From the NCBI RefSeq assembly GCF_057098645.1, contig NZ_CM169472.1: a stretch of DNA of 64,000 nucleotides. One strand, 5' to 3'. The stretch's first letter is position 1, and the number at the start of each line of letters is the position of its first letter. The translations under genes and the position numbers were made by a program. This document shows positions 26,750 to 37,753 of this stretch, in pieces. The notes beneath the pieces are model-generated. The model saw only the letters and a program-made list of their open reading frames with translations. It did no database searches and was not told the DNA's origin.

Positions 26750-27706
26750 ATGTGGAAACGCTTACTTGTAGTCTCTGCAGTCTCGGCAGCCATGTCGTCT
26801 ATGGCGTTGGCCGCTCCATTAACCGTAGGATTTTCGCAGGTCGGATCGGAATCCGGCTGGCGCGCCGCAGAAACCAATGTGGCGAAAAGTGAGGCCGAAA
26901 AACGCGGAATTACGCTGAAAATTGCCGATGGTCAGCAAAAGCAGGAAAACCAGATTAAAGCGGTACGTTCCTTCGTTGCACAAGGGGTGGATGCGATCTT
27001 TATCGCTCCGGTGGTCGCGACAGGTTGGGAACCGGTATTAAAAGAGGCGAAAGATGCTGAAATCCCGGTCTTTTTGCTCGACCGTTCCATCGATGTGAAA
27101 GACAAATCTCTCTATATGACCACCGTTACTGCCGACAACATCCTCGAAGGCAAGTTGATTGGTGACTGGCTGGTAAAAGAAGTGAATGGCAAACCATGCA
27201 ACGTGGTGGAGCTGCAGGGCACCGTTGGGGCCAGCGTCGCCATTGACCGTAAGAAAGGCTTTGCCGAAGCCATTAAGAATGCGCCAAATATCAAAATCAT
27301 CCGCTCGCAGTCAGGTGACTTCACCCGCAGTAAAGGCAAAGAAGTCATGGAGAGCTTTATCAAAGCGGAAAACAACGGCAAAAACATCTGCATGGTTTAC
27401 GCCCATAACGACGACATGGTGATTGGTGCAATTCAGGCAATTAAAGAAGCGGGCCTGAAACCGGGCAAAGATATCCTCACGGGTTCCATTGACGGTGTAC
27501 CGGACATCTACAAAGCGATGATGGATGGCGAAGCGAACGCCAGTGTTGAACTGACGCCGAACATGGCGGGACCCGCTTTTGACGCGCTGGAGAAATACAA
27601 AAAAGACGGCACCATGCCTGAAAAGCTGATGTTAACCAAATCCACCCTTTACCTGCCTGATACCGCAAAAGAAGAGTTAGAGAAGAAGAAAAATATGGGG
27701 TATTGA
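26750..27706 (+). CDS. ytfQ: galactofuranose ABC transporter periplasmic binding protein YtfQ
   Basis: 318-aa ORF with signal peptide; sugar-binding-protein fold. Confidence 0.92.
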   Translation: MWKRLLVVSAVSAAMSSMALAAPLTVGFSQVGSESGWRAAETNVAKSEAEKRGITLKIADGQQKQENQIKAVRSFVAQGVDAIFIAPVVATGWEPVLKEAKDAEIPVFLLDRSIDVKDKSLYMTTVTADNILEGKLIGDWLVKEVNGKPCNVVELQGTVGASVAIDRKKGFAEAIKNAPNIKIIRSQSGDFTRSKGKEVMESFIKAENNGKNICMVYAHNDDMVIGAIQAIKEAGLKPGKDILTGSIDGVPDIYKAMMDGEANASVELTPNMAGPAFDALEKYKKDGTMPEKLMLTKSTLYLPDTAKEELEKKKNMGY

Positions 27707-27713
27707 GGGTTGC

Positions 27714-27815
27714 TATGCCTGATGCCGATTCGTAGGCCGGATAAGGCGCTCGCGCCGCATCCGGCGATGGTGCACTGAAGCCTGATGCGACGCTTACCGC
27801 GTCTTATCATGCCTA
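27714..27815. repeat. REP/BIME elements
   Basis: gcctgatgc...taggccggataaggcg...gccgcatccggc motifs between ytfQ and ytfR. Confidence 0.55.
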
Positions 27816-27845
27816 CTGGGAGCACGCTTTACACCGGGGGAAACC

Positions 27846-29348
27846 ATGACGACCGACCAACACCAGGAAATCCTCCGCACCGAAGGATTAAGTAAATTTT
27901 TCCCCGGCGTCAAAGCGTTAGACAACGTTGATTTCAGCCTGCGCCGTGGCGAAATCATGGCGCTGCTCGGTGAAAACGGGGCGGGAAAATCGACGCTAAT
28001 CAAAGCATTAACCGGTGTTTACCACGCCGATCGCGGCACCATCTGGCTGGAAGGCCAGGCTATCTCACCGAAAAATACCGCCCATGCACAACAACTCGGC
28101 ATCGGAACCGTTTATCAGGAAGTCAACCTGCTACCCAATATGTCGGTCGCTGATAATCTATTCATAGGTCGCGAACCCAAACGTTTCGGGCTTCTACGCC
28201 GTAAAGAGATGGAAAAGCGCGCCACCGAACTGATGGCATCTTACGGTTTCTCCCTCGACGTGCGTGAACCGCTTAACCGCTTTTCAGTCGCGATGCAGCA
28301 AATCGTCGCCATTTGCCGGGCTATCGATCTCTCTGCCAAAGTGCTGATCCTCGATGAACCCACCGCCAGTCTCGACACCCAGGAAGTGGAGTTACTGTTT
28401 GGCCTGATGCGTCAGTTGCGCGATCGCGGCGTCAGCCTGATCTTTGTCACTCACTTTCTCGATCAGGTCTATCAGGTCAGCGATCGGATCACCGTCTTAC
28501 GCAACGGCAGTTTCGTAGGCTGTCGGGAAACGCGCGAGCTACCGCAGATCGAACTGGTAAAAATGATGCTGGGGCGCGAGTTGGATACCCACGCGCTACA
28601 GCGTGCCGGGCGAACATTGTTGAGCGACAAACCCGTTGCAGCGTTCAAAAATTACGGCAAAAAAGGAACGATCGCACCGTTTGATCTCGAAGTACGCCCC
28701 GGCGAGATCGTCGGTCTGGCTGGCTTGCTGGGATCAGGACGTACCGAAACCGCCGAAGTGATCTTCGGTATCAAACCTGCTGACAGCGGCACTGCGTTGA
28801 TCAAAGGCAAACAGCAAACCCTGCGATCGCCACATCAGGCTTCGGTACTGGGCATCGGCTTCTGCCCGGAAGACAGGAAAACCGATGGCATCATCGCCGC
28901 CGCCTCGGTGCGGGAAAATATCATCCTCGCTCTCCAGGCCCAGCGCGGCTGGCTACGACCCATTTCCCGCAAAGAGCAGCAAGAGATTGCCGAACGCTTT
29001 ATCCGCCAGCTTGGCATTCGCACTCCTTCAACTGAACAACCGATTGAATTTCTCTCCGGCGGCAATCAGCAAAAAGTGTTGCTTTCACGTTGGCTACTGA
29101 CCCGACCGCAATTTCTGATCCTTGATGAGCCAACCCGCGGCATTGATGTTGGTGCCCACGCCGAGATCATCCGCCTGATTGAAACGCTATGCGCCGATGG
29201 TCTGGCGCTGCTGGTGATCTCCTCCGAACTGGAAGAGCTGGTGGGCTATGCCGATCGGGTGATCATCATGCGCGATCGCAAACAGGTGGCGGAGATCCCG
29301 CTGGCAGAGCTTTCCGTTCCGGCGATCATGAACGCCATTGCGGCGTAA
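27846..29348 (+). CDS. ytfR: galactofuranose ABC transporter ATP-binding protein YtfR (duplicated ABC domains)
   Basis: 500-aa ORF with two Walker A motifs (GENGAGKST, GLLGSGRTE). Confidence 0.92.
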   Translation: MTTDQHQEILRTEGLSKFFPGVKALDNVDFSLRRGEIMALLGENGAGKSTLIKALTGVYHADRGTIWLEGQAISPKNTAHAQQLGIGTVYQEVNLLPNMSVADNLFIGREPKRFGLLRRKEMEKRATELMASYGFSLDVREPLNRFSVAMQQIVAICRAIDLSAKVLILDEPTASLDTQEVELLFGLMRQLRDRGVSLIFVTHFLDQVYQVSDRITVLRNGSFVGCRETRELPQIELVKMMLGRELDTHALQRAGRTLLSDKPVAAFKNYGKKGTIAPFDLEVRPGEIVGLAGLLGSGRTETAEVIFGIKPADSGTALIKGKQQTLRSPHQASVLGIGFCPEDRKTDGIIAAASVRENIILALQAQRGWLRPISRKEQQEIAERFIRQLGIRTPSTEQPIEFLSGGNQQKVLLSRWLLTRPQFLILDEPTRGIDVGAHAEIIRLIETLCADGLALLVISSELEELVGYADRVIIMRDRKQVAEIPLAELSVPAIMNAIAA

Positions 29349-29358
29349 GGAGAACAGT

Positions 29359-30384
29359 GTGATGCCTCAATCTCTCCCGGACACTACGCCGCCGAAAAGG
29401 CGCTTTCGCTGGCCAACGGGAATGCCGCAGCTGGCGGCACTGTTGCTGGTGCTGCTGGTCGATAGCCTGGTGGCCCCGCATTTCTGGCAGGTGGTGCTTC
29501 AGGATGGGCGTTTGTTCGGTAGCCCTATCGACATTCTTAACCGTGCGGCCCCCGTTGCGCTGTTGGCGATTGGCATGACGCTGGTGATCGCAACAGGTGG
29601 GATTGATCTCTCTGTGGGGGCGGTGATGGCTATCGCCGGAGCCACAACGGCTGCGATGACGGTCGCGGGATTCAGCCTGCCGATTGTTTTGTTAAGCGCC
29701 CTGGGCACTGGCATCCTGGCGGGATTGTGGAACGGCATACTGGTAGCGATCCTCAAAATTCAGCCGTTTGTCGCCACTCTGATCCTGATGGTCGCCGGGC
29801 GCGGCGTGGCGCAACTGATCACCTCCGGGCAGATCGTCACGTTTAACTCGCCGCATCTCTCATGGTTTGGCAGTGGATCGCTATTGTTCCTGCCAACACC
29901 GGTCATTATCGCGGTGCTGACGCTTCTCCTGTTCTGGCTGTTGACCCGCAAAACGGCGCTGGGGATGTTTATCGAAGCCGTTGGTATCAACATTCGGGCG
30001 GCAAAAAATGCCGGGGTAAACACGCGAATCATCGTCATGCTCACCTACGTGTTGAGCGGGCTATGTGCGGCGATTGCGGGCATTATCGTGGCGGCGGATA
30101 TTCGCGGTGCCGATGCCAACAACGCCGGATTATGGCTGGAGCTGGACGCCATTCTCGCGGTGGTGATTGGCGGCGGATCGCTGATGGGCGGGCGTTTTAA
30201 CCTGCTGCTCTCAGTGGTAGGGGCGCTGATTATTCAGGGAATGAACACCGGAATTTTGCTTTCGGGCTTTCCGCCAGAGATGAACCAGGTGGTGAAAGCG
30301 GTAGTGGTGCTTTGCGTGCTGATTGTTCAGTCGCAACGCTTTATCAGTCTGATTAAAGGAGTGCGTAGCCGTGATAAAACGTAA
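29359..30384 (+). CDS. ytfT: galactofuranose ABC transporter permease YtfT
   Basis: ORF 29338..30384; start placed at MPQSLPD (341 aa); overlaps ytfR end. Confidence 0.86.
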   Translation: MMPQSLPDTTPPKRRFRWPTGMPQLAALLLVLLVDSLVAPHFWQVVLQDGRLFGSPIDILNRAAPVALLAIGMTLVIATGGIDLSVGAVMAIAGATTAAMTVAGFSLPIVLLSALGTGILAGLWNGILVAILKIQPFVATLILMVAGRGVAQLITSGQIVTFNSPHLSWFGSGSLLFLPTPVIIAVLTLLLFWLLTRKTALGMFIEAVGINIRAAKNAGVNTRIIVMLTYVLSGLCAAIAGIIVAADIRGADANNAGLWLELDAILAVVIGGGSLMGGRFNLLLSVVGALIIQGMNTGILLSGFPPEMNQVVKAVVVLCVLIVQSQRFISLIKGVRSRDKT

Positions 30385-31366
30385 CCTACCGCTTATGATC
30401 ACCATCGGCGTCTTTGTGCTGGGTTATCTCTACTGTCTGACGCAGTTTCCCGGTTTTGCTTCCACAAGAGTGATCTGCAATATCCTGACCGATAACGCCT
30501 TTCTTGGGATCATTGCCGTTGGCATGACCTTTGTGATCCTCTCCGGTGGGATCGATCTCTCCGTCGGTTCGGTGATCGCCTTTACTGGCGTGTTTCTGGC
30601 AAAAGTGATTGGCGATTTCGGCCTCTCGCCGCTGCTGGCGTTTCCGCTAGTGCTGGGGATGGGCTGTGCCTTCGGCGCATTTATGGGGCTTCTGATCGAT
30701 GCCCTGAAGATCCCGGCATTTATCATTACGCTTGCGGGGATGTTCTTTTTGCGCGGCGTCAGCTATCTCGTTTCGGAAGAGTCGATTCCGATAAACCATC
30801 CCATTTATGACACGCTCTCAAGCCTTGCGTGGAAAATCCCTGGCGGCGGTCGCTTAAGTGCGATGGGACTGCTGATGCTGGCGGTGGTGGTTATCGGCAT
30901 ATTCCTCGCGCATCGTACCCGTTTTGGTAATCAGGTGTACGCCATTGGGGGCAATGCGACGTCGGCAAACCTGATGGGGATTTCCACTCGCAGCACCACT
31001 ATTCGCATTTATATGCTCTCCACCGGACTGGCAACGCTGGCGGGGATTGTCTTCTCGATTTATACCCAGGCCGGATATGCGCTGGCGGGCGTAGGTGTGG
31101 AACTGGATGCTATCGCCTCAGTGGTGATTGGCGGTACGCTTTTGAGCGGTGGCGTTGGAACGGTATTAGGGACGCTTTTTGGCGTGGCGATTCAGGGACT
31201 GATTCAGACTTACATAAACTTTGATGGCACGCTGAGCTCATGGTGGACGAAAATCGCCATCGGTATTTTGTTGTTTATTTTTATAGCATTACAGCGTGGA
31301 TTAACGGTACTGTGGGAGAATCGTCAGAGTTCGCCTGTGACAAGAGTCAACATTGCGCAGCAATAA
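30371..31366 (+). CDS. yjfF: galactofuranose ABC transporter permease YjfF
   Basis: 331-aa polytopic ORF overlapping ytfT end. Confidence 0.9.
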   Translation: MIKRNLPLMITIGVFVLGYLYCLTQFPGFASTRVICNILTDNAFLGIIAVGMTFVILSGGIDLSVGSVIAFTGVFLAKVIGDFGLSPLLAFPLVLGMGCAFGAFMGLLIDALKIPAFIITLAGMFFLRGVSYLVSEESIPINHPIYDTLSSLAWKIPGGGRLSAMGLLMLAVVVIGIFLAHRTRFGNQVYAIGGNATSANLMGISTRSTTIRIYMLSTGLATLAGIVFSIYTQAGYALAGVGVELDAIASVVIGGTLLSGGVGTVLGTLFGVAIQGLIQTYINFDGTLSSWWTKIAIGILLFIFIALQRGLTVLWENRQSSPVTRVNIAQQ

Positions 31367-31398
31367 AAACGCCTCTCCGTGTGGAGAGGCGCAGGAGA

Positions 31399-32397
31399 TT
31401 ACGCGTCCGGGAACTCACGGATAAAGCGTTCGACATCTTCAACCATATGGTCGTTGCCGACAAAGAACGAACGGCGCTGGTGCAGAGTTTCCGGGATGAT
31501 ATCCAGAATACGCTCTTTGCCATCGCTCGCTTTACCGCCCGCTTGTTCCGCCAGGAATGCCATCGGGTTGCACTCATACAGTAAACGCAGTTTACCGTCC
31601 GGGTGGCTGGCGGTGCTTGGGTAGAGATAAATACCGCCTTTCAGCAGGTTACGGTGGAAATCCGCGACCAGTGAACCGATATAACGTGAGGTATAAGGGC
31701 GGTTGGTGGACTTATCTTCTTCCTGGCAGAATTTAATGTACTTCTTCACCCCGTTCGGAAACTTAATGTAGTTTCCTTCGTTGATGGAGTAGGTTTTGCC
31801 TTTCTCCGGGAAGCGCATCCGTTCCTGGCACAGGCAGAAAACGCCGAGCGAAGGATCGTAAGTAAAGGCGTGAACACCGCATCCGGTGGTGTAAACCAGC
31901 ATGGTAGAGGAGCCGTATACCACGTAACCTGCCGCAACCTGTTTGTTACCAGGCTGGAGGAAATCTTCTTCCGTTACCGGCGTGCCAACAGGCGTAACGC
32001 GGCGGTAGATGGAGAAAATGGTACCGACAGAGACGTTAACATCGATGTTGGACGAGCCATCCAGTGGGTCCATCAGCACCACGTATTTTGCATGTTCACA
32101 GCCTTCAAAGACAACAATCTCATCTTCTTCTTCAGAGGCAATGCCCGCAACGATATCGCGTGCTTTCAGTGCGGCTTTCAGTTTTTCATTAGCGAACAAG
32201 TCGAGTTTCTGCTGAACCTCGCCCTGCACGTTCTCAGCACCGCTGGCACCCAGGATATCAACCAGTCCTGCTTTGTTGATATCGCGATGGATAATCTTGG
32301 CGCCCAGTTTTATTGCCGACAGCAAAGCAGTGAGCTCACCGGTAGCATGAGAAAACTCGTGCTGCTTTTCGACAATAAATTCACCTAACGTTTTCAT
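31399..32397 (-). CDS. fbp: fructose-1,6-bisphosphatase class 1
   Basis: 332 aa from [15 protein letters not shown]. Confidence 0.96.
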
Positions 32398-32572
32398 AAA
32401 ACTTTCCCTGCAATGTTTATGGAGTAAAGCGACCGCAACAATCTTAACAAATAATCTCAATGTTGCGCTCAGGTGAATCGCGCCAGCAAATTACGGATTA
32501 TCCTGAAATGCGTTTCTCACTTGCCCGACATATGCGTAAAATGAGCGGCAGATTAAAAAAGGATAGTGACGT

Positions 32573-33946
32573 ATGCGCATTCATATTTTAGGAATTTGTG
32601 GCACGTTTATGGGCGGTCTGGCGATGCTGGCGCGCCAGTTAGGCCATGAAGTAACGGGTTCGGACGCCAATGTGTATCCGCCGATGAGCACCTTACTTGA
32701 GAAGCAAGGCATTGAACTGATTCAGGGTTACGATGCCAGCCAGCTCGATCCGCAGCCGGATCTGGTGATTATTGGCAACGCCATGACCCGTGGAAATCCG
32801 TGTGTGGAAGCGGTACTGGAAAAAAACATCCCTTATATGTCAGGTCCACAGTGGCTGCACGATTTTGTGCTGCGTGACCGCTGGGTGCTGGCCGTTGCCG
32901 GTACACACGGCAAAACTACCACCGCGGGAATGGCGACCTGGATTCTGGAACAGTGCGGTTACAAACCGGGATTTGTGATCGGCGGTGTGCCGGGGAATTT
33001 TGAGGTTTCGGCGCGTCTGGGCGAAAGCGACTTCTTTGTTATCGAAGCGGATGAGTATGACTGCGCCTTCTTCGACAAACGTTCTAAATTTGTTCATTAC
33101 TGCCCGCGTACGCTGATCCTCAACAACCTTGAGTTCGATCACGCCGATATCTTTGACGACCTGAAAGCGATCCAGAAACAGTTCCACCATCTGGTGCGTA
33201 TCGTTCCGGGGCAGGGCCGTATTATCTGGCCGGAAAACGACATCAACCTGAAACAGACCATGGCGATGGGCTGCTGGAGCGAGCAGGAGCTGGTGGGCGA
33301 GCAGGGTCACTGGCAGGCGAAAAAGCTAACCACTGACGCTTCTGAATGGGAAGTCTTGTTGGATGGCGAAAAAGTGGGCGAAGTGAAATGGTCGCTGGTA
33401 GGCGAACATAATATGCACAATGGCCTGATGGCGATTGCAGCGGCTCGCCATGTTGGTGTAGCGCCGGCAGATGCCGCTAATGCGCTGGGTTCGTTTATTA
33501 ATGCTCGTCGCCGTCTGGAGTTGCGTGGTGAAGCGAATGGCGTCACGGTATATGACGATTTTGCCCATCACCCGACGGCGATTCTGGCAACGCTGGCGGC
33601 GCTGCGTGGCAAAGTTGGTGGTACGGCGCGCATTATTGCTGTGCTGGAACCGCGCTCGAATACCATGAAAATGGGGATCTGCAAAGACGATTTGGCACCT
33701 TCATTAGGTCGTGCCGATGAAGTCTTCCTGCTGCAATCGGCGCATATTCCGTGGCAGGTGGCAGAAGTGGCAGAAGCCTGCGTTCAGCCTGCACACTGGA
33801 GTGGCGATGTGGATACGCTGGCAGATATGGTGGTGAAAACCGCTCAGCCTGGCGACCATATTCTGGTGATGAGCAACGGCGGTTTTGGTGGGATCCATCA
33901 GAAACTGCTGGATGGGCTGGCGAAGAAGGCGGAAGCCGCGCAGTAA
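32573..33946 (+). CDS. mpl: UDP-N-acetylmuramate:L-alanyl-gamma-D-glutamyl-meso-diaminopimelate ligase
   Basis: 457-aa Mur-ligase-family ORF MRIHILGICGTFMGG. Confidence 0.95.
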   Translation: MRIHILGICGTFMGGLAMLARQLGHEVTGSDANVYPPMSTLLEKQGIELIQGYDASQLDPQPDLVIIGNAMTRGNPCVEAVLEKNIPYMSGPQWLHDFVLRDRWVLAVAGTHGKTTTAGMATWILEQCGYKPGFVIGGVPGNFEVSARLGESDFFVIEADEYDCAFFDKRSKFVHYCPRTLILNNLEFDHADIFDDLKAIQKQFHHLVRIVPGQGRIIWPENDINLKQTMAMGCWSEQELVGEQGHWQAKKLTTDASEWEVLLDGEKVGEVKWSLVGEHNMHNGLMAIAAARHVGVAPADAANALGSFINARRRLELRGEANGVTVYDDFAHHPTAILATLAALRGKVGGTARIIAVLEPRSNTMKMGICKDDLAPSLGRADEVFLLQSAHIPWQVAEVAEACVQPAHWSGDVDTLADMVVKTAQPGDHILVMSNGGFGGIHQKLLDGLAKKAEAAQ

Positions 33947-33974
33947 TTCGGCCTTAGCCAGATATAGTGTGCGT

Positions 33975-34078
33975 AGGCCGGATAAGGCGTTCACGCCGCA
34001 TCCGGCATTTGAGCATAGTGCCTGATGCGACGCTTGATGCGTCTTATCAGGCCTACAGGTGCACCGTATCCGGCAAAC
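33975..34078. repeat. REP/BIME elements
   Basis: taggccggataaggcg / gccgcatccggca / gcctgatgcgacgc motifs between convergent mpl and yjgA. Confidence 0.55.
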
Positions 34079-34101
34079 CATACTCACATCAACAACGAAA
34101 A

Positions 34102-34653
34102 TTACCCTTCGTTCTCCGCTAACTCGCGCAGATACTGGAAAATCTGGCGTGCGGATTTCGGCGGCTTATTCCCTTCTTTCTCTTTCTTCGCGTTGCGGAT
34201 CAGAGTACGCAGTTGCTGACGATCGGCATCGGGCCACAGATTTAATACCTCAGCGATGGCGTCATCACCTTGATCGATCAGACGATCGCGCAGGTTTTCC
34301 AGTTTATGGAACAGCACCACCTGCTGGTTGTGACGGTTTTTCAGCTTATCCAGCGCCTGACGAATAGGCTCTACGTCGCGCTGGCGCAGCATCTTACCAA
34401 TGAGCTGCAACTGGCGGCGGCGACCTTCCATCTTAATACGCTGGGCGAGCTCAATAGCCGCGCGCAGATCCGCATCTAACGGGATCTTATCCAGCGCGTT
34501 TTTCCCCAGATCAACAATTTCCGCGCCAAGGCGTTTTAGCTCCTCGGCATCACGTTTAATTTCACTTTTACTGACCCAGATAATTTCATCGTCTTCGTCT
34601 TCGATGTCATCACCGGGAACGTCGTCGAGCCAGTCTTCGGGCTGCTTAGTCAT
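34102..34653 (-). CDS. yjgA: ribosome-associated protein YjgA (DarP, DUF615)
   Basis: 183-aa ORF with acidic N-terminus. Confidence 0.9.
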
Positions 34654-34758
34654 CTCAGGCTCCTTAAAAAAAGAGGCTAATGTTACCAGTTAAGATGCGC
34701 ACTGAAAAACGGTTCTCTGTTAGACTTCAGAGAAACTCTCTACATTATGGCACTTGCA

Positions 34759-36099
34759 ATGAAAGTAATCTCTCAAGTTGAAGCGCAGCGCAAGATTCTG
34801 GAAGAAGCAGTTTCCACTGCGCTGGAGTTGGCCTCAGGCAAATCGGACGGTGCGGAAGTTGCCGTCAGCAAGACCACCGGCATTAGCGTAAGCACGCGTT
34901 ATGGTGAAGTGGAGAATGTTGAATTCAATAGCGATGGCGCGCTGGGGATCACTGTTTATCACCAGAACCGCAAAGGTAGCGCATCATCCACCGATTTAAG
35001 CCCGCAGGCCATTGCCCGTACTGTACAGGCGGCGCTGGATATTGCCCGTTATACCTCGCCAGATCCCTGTGCCGGCGTGGCAGACAAAGAGCTGCTGGCC
35101 TTTGACGCACCAGATCTCGACTTGTTCCACCCTGCGGAAGTTTCCCCGGATGAAGCCATTGAACTGGCGGCCCGCGCAGAACAGGCGGCATTGCAGGCGG
35201 ACAAACGCATCACCAATACCGAAGGTGGCAGCTTTAACAGCCACTACGGTGTCAAAGTTTTTGGCAACAGCCACGGCATGTTGCAGGGTTACTGCTCAAC
35301 GCGTCATTCGCTCTCCAGCTGTGTAATTGCCGAAGAAAATGGCGATATGGAGCGTGATTACGCCTACACCATTGGGCGGGCGATGAGCGATCTGCAAACG
35401 CCAGAGTGGGTCGGGGCCGACTGTGCTCGCCGCACTTTATCGCGCCTGTCACCGCGAAAACTCTCCACCATGAAAGCGCCAGTGATTTTTGCTAATGAAG
35501 TGGCAACCGGGCTGTTCGGTCATCTGGTTGGCGCAATTGCAGGCGGTTCGGTTTACCGTAAATCTACCTTCCTGCTGGATTCGCTGGGTAAACAAATTCT
35601 GCCGGACTGGCTGACCATTGAAGAGCATCCGCATCTGCTGAAAGGGCTGGCGTCGACGCCATTCGACAGCGAAGGTGTGCGCACCGAGCGTCGCGATATT
35701 ATTAAAGATGGCATCCTGACTCAGTGGCTGCTGACCAGCTATTCGGCGCGAAAACTGGGGCTGAAAAGCACCGGACATGCGGGCGGTATTCACAACTGGC
35801 GGATTGCCGGACAAGGTCTAAGCTTCGAGCAGATGCTCAAAGAGATGGGCACCGGGCTGGTGGTGACGGAATTGATGGGCCAGGGCGTGAGTGCAATTAC
35901 CGGTGATTATTCCCGTGGTGCGGCGGGCTTCTGGGTAGAAAACGGCGAAATTCAGTATCCGGTTAGCGAAATCACCATCGCAGGTAATTTAAAAGATATG
36001 TGGCGCAATATTGTCACCGTCGGTAACGATATTGAAACACGCAGTAATATACAGTGTGGTTCTGTGCTGTTGCCGGAGATGAAAATCGCCGGACAGTAA
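34759..36099 (+). CDS. pmbA: metalloprotease PmbA (TldE)
   Basis: ORF 34747..36099; likely start [10 protein letters not shown] giving 446 aa. Confidence 0.92.
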
Positions 36100-36279
36100 A
36101 AAAACTGGCGCGACCTGCCGCGCTATAAACTAAAAAATTACACAAAATCATTCGCACTGCATCGAGACGGAAAGTGAATGAGGGCCGGGGAGCGTACTCG
36201 CAGTACGTGACCCGGTCGAATGAGCGTAGTCGTCGATGAGGCAGTGTGAAGGATGAAGTGTAAATAAAAAAGGAAGTGA

Positions 36280-36669
<390 letters not shown>

Positions 36670-36801
36670 TTCCTTATTGGGCGGTGAAACGTTACCGCCC
36701 AACGCTTTCTTACCCCTCGTAAAATCACCGCCAAATCTCTCTTCACTACGGCATATTTCTGCGTGTCGACGCCATTTTTGCGAGGCGTTTTCCAGAAATG
36801 A

Positions 36802-36835
36802 ATGTAATGCATATGTAATGCTATAATACATTACA
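36802..36835. promoter_or_regulatory. promoter/operator of the DinJ-like ORF: direct repeat atgtaatgc x2 and inverted repeat tgtaatg/cattaca flanking a TATAAT
   Basis: Seen directly in sequence 36802..36835; RBS ggagg at 36851. Confidence 0.4.
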
Positions 36836-36859
36836 CTTTTCATAATTACCGGAGGCATA

Positions 36860-37099
36860 ATGGCCACACTTAACGTCCGCCTGGATGACAAACTGAAAAA
36901 TGAGGCTTATGCGGTGCTGGAAAAATTAAATATCACGCCTACTGAAGCAGTGCGGCTGCTGTTTCAGTACGTTGCGGAAAATGGACGAATGCCGGTAAAA
37001 ACGCTCACTGTCAGTGATAGTGAAGAAGCCTTGTTACGCACTGTCAGGGAACGACTGGCCAACCCACAAGAGACCATTAAGGTCCGGCTGGATGAGTGA
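36860..37099 (+). CDS. RelB/DinJ-family (ribbon-helix-helix) antitoxin-like protein, orphan
   Basis: 79-aa ORF MATLNVRLDDKLKNEAYAVLEKLNITPTEAVRLL resembling DinJ N-terminus; no toxin ORF follows (nrdG stop abuts at 37100). Confidence 0.6.
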   Translation: MATLNVRLDDKLKNEAYAVLEKLNITPTEAVRLLFQYVAENGRMPVKTLTVSDSEEALLRTVRERLANPQETIKVRLDE

Positions 37100-37564
37100 T
37101 TAACGCAAATGATGCACCACCTGATTGCTGCTGCCGCGCCAGATCAGGGAAGGGTCTTTTAAATCCTGCACAAATTTGCCGTCGACCAGCACGTTAATCA
37201 AATCAACAACCTGCATTTGCGCAGCGTTGAGTTCGTCGAGTTTATAGCCTGTCCACACCCAGATGTCTTTACCCGGACACTCGGCGCGGATGCGTTGTAC
37301 CAGTTTCAGAATATCCGGCACGTTTTGCGGATGCAGCGGGTCGCCGCCGGAGAGGGAAATACCCTGGCGTTTGATACGAGTGTCATTCAGATCGTTAATG
37401 ATCTGGTCTTCCATTGCTTTGGTAAATGGCTGACCGGAATTTACCCGCCAGGTGCTTTTGTTATAGCAACCGGGGCATTCATGAACACACCCGGAGACAA
37501 ACAGGGTGCAGCGAGTGCCGGGGCCGTTGACGATGTCGACAGGATAGTACTGATGATAATTCAT
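37100..37564 (-). CDS. nrdG: anaerobic ribonucleotide reductase activating protein (radical SAM)
   Basis: 154-aa ORF with CxxxCxxC (GCVHECPGC) radical-SAM motif. Confidence 0.95.
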   Translation of the reverse strand: MNYHQYYPVDIVNGPGTRCTLFVSGCVHECPGCYNKSTWRVNSGQPFTKAMEDQIINDLNDTRIKRQGISLSGGDPLHPQNVPDILKLVQRIRAECPGKDIWVWTGYKLDELNAAQMQVVDLINVLVDGKFVQDLKDPSLIWRGSSNQVVHHLR

Positions 37565-37569
37565 TGTTT

Positions 37570-37745
<176 letters not shown>

Positions 37746-37753
37746 AGTGCAGA

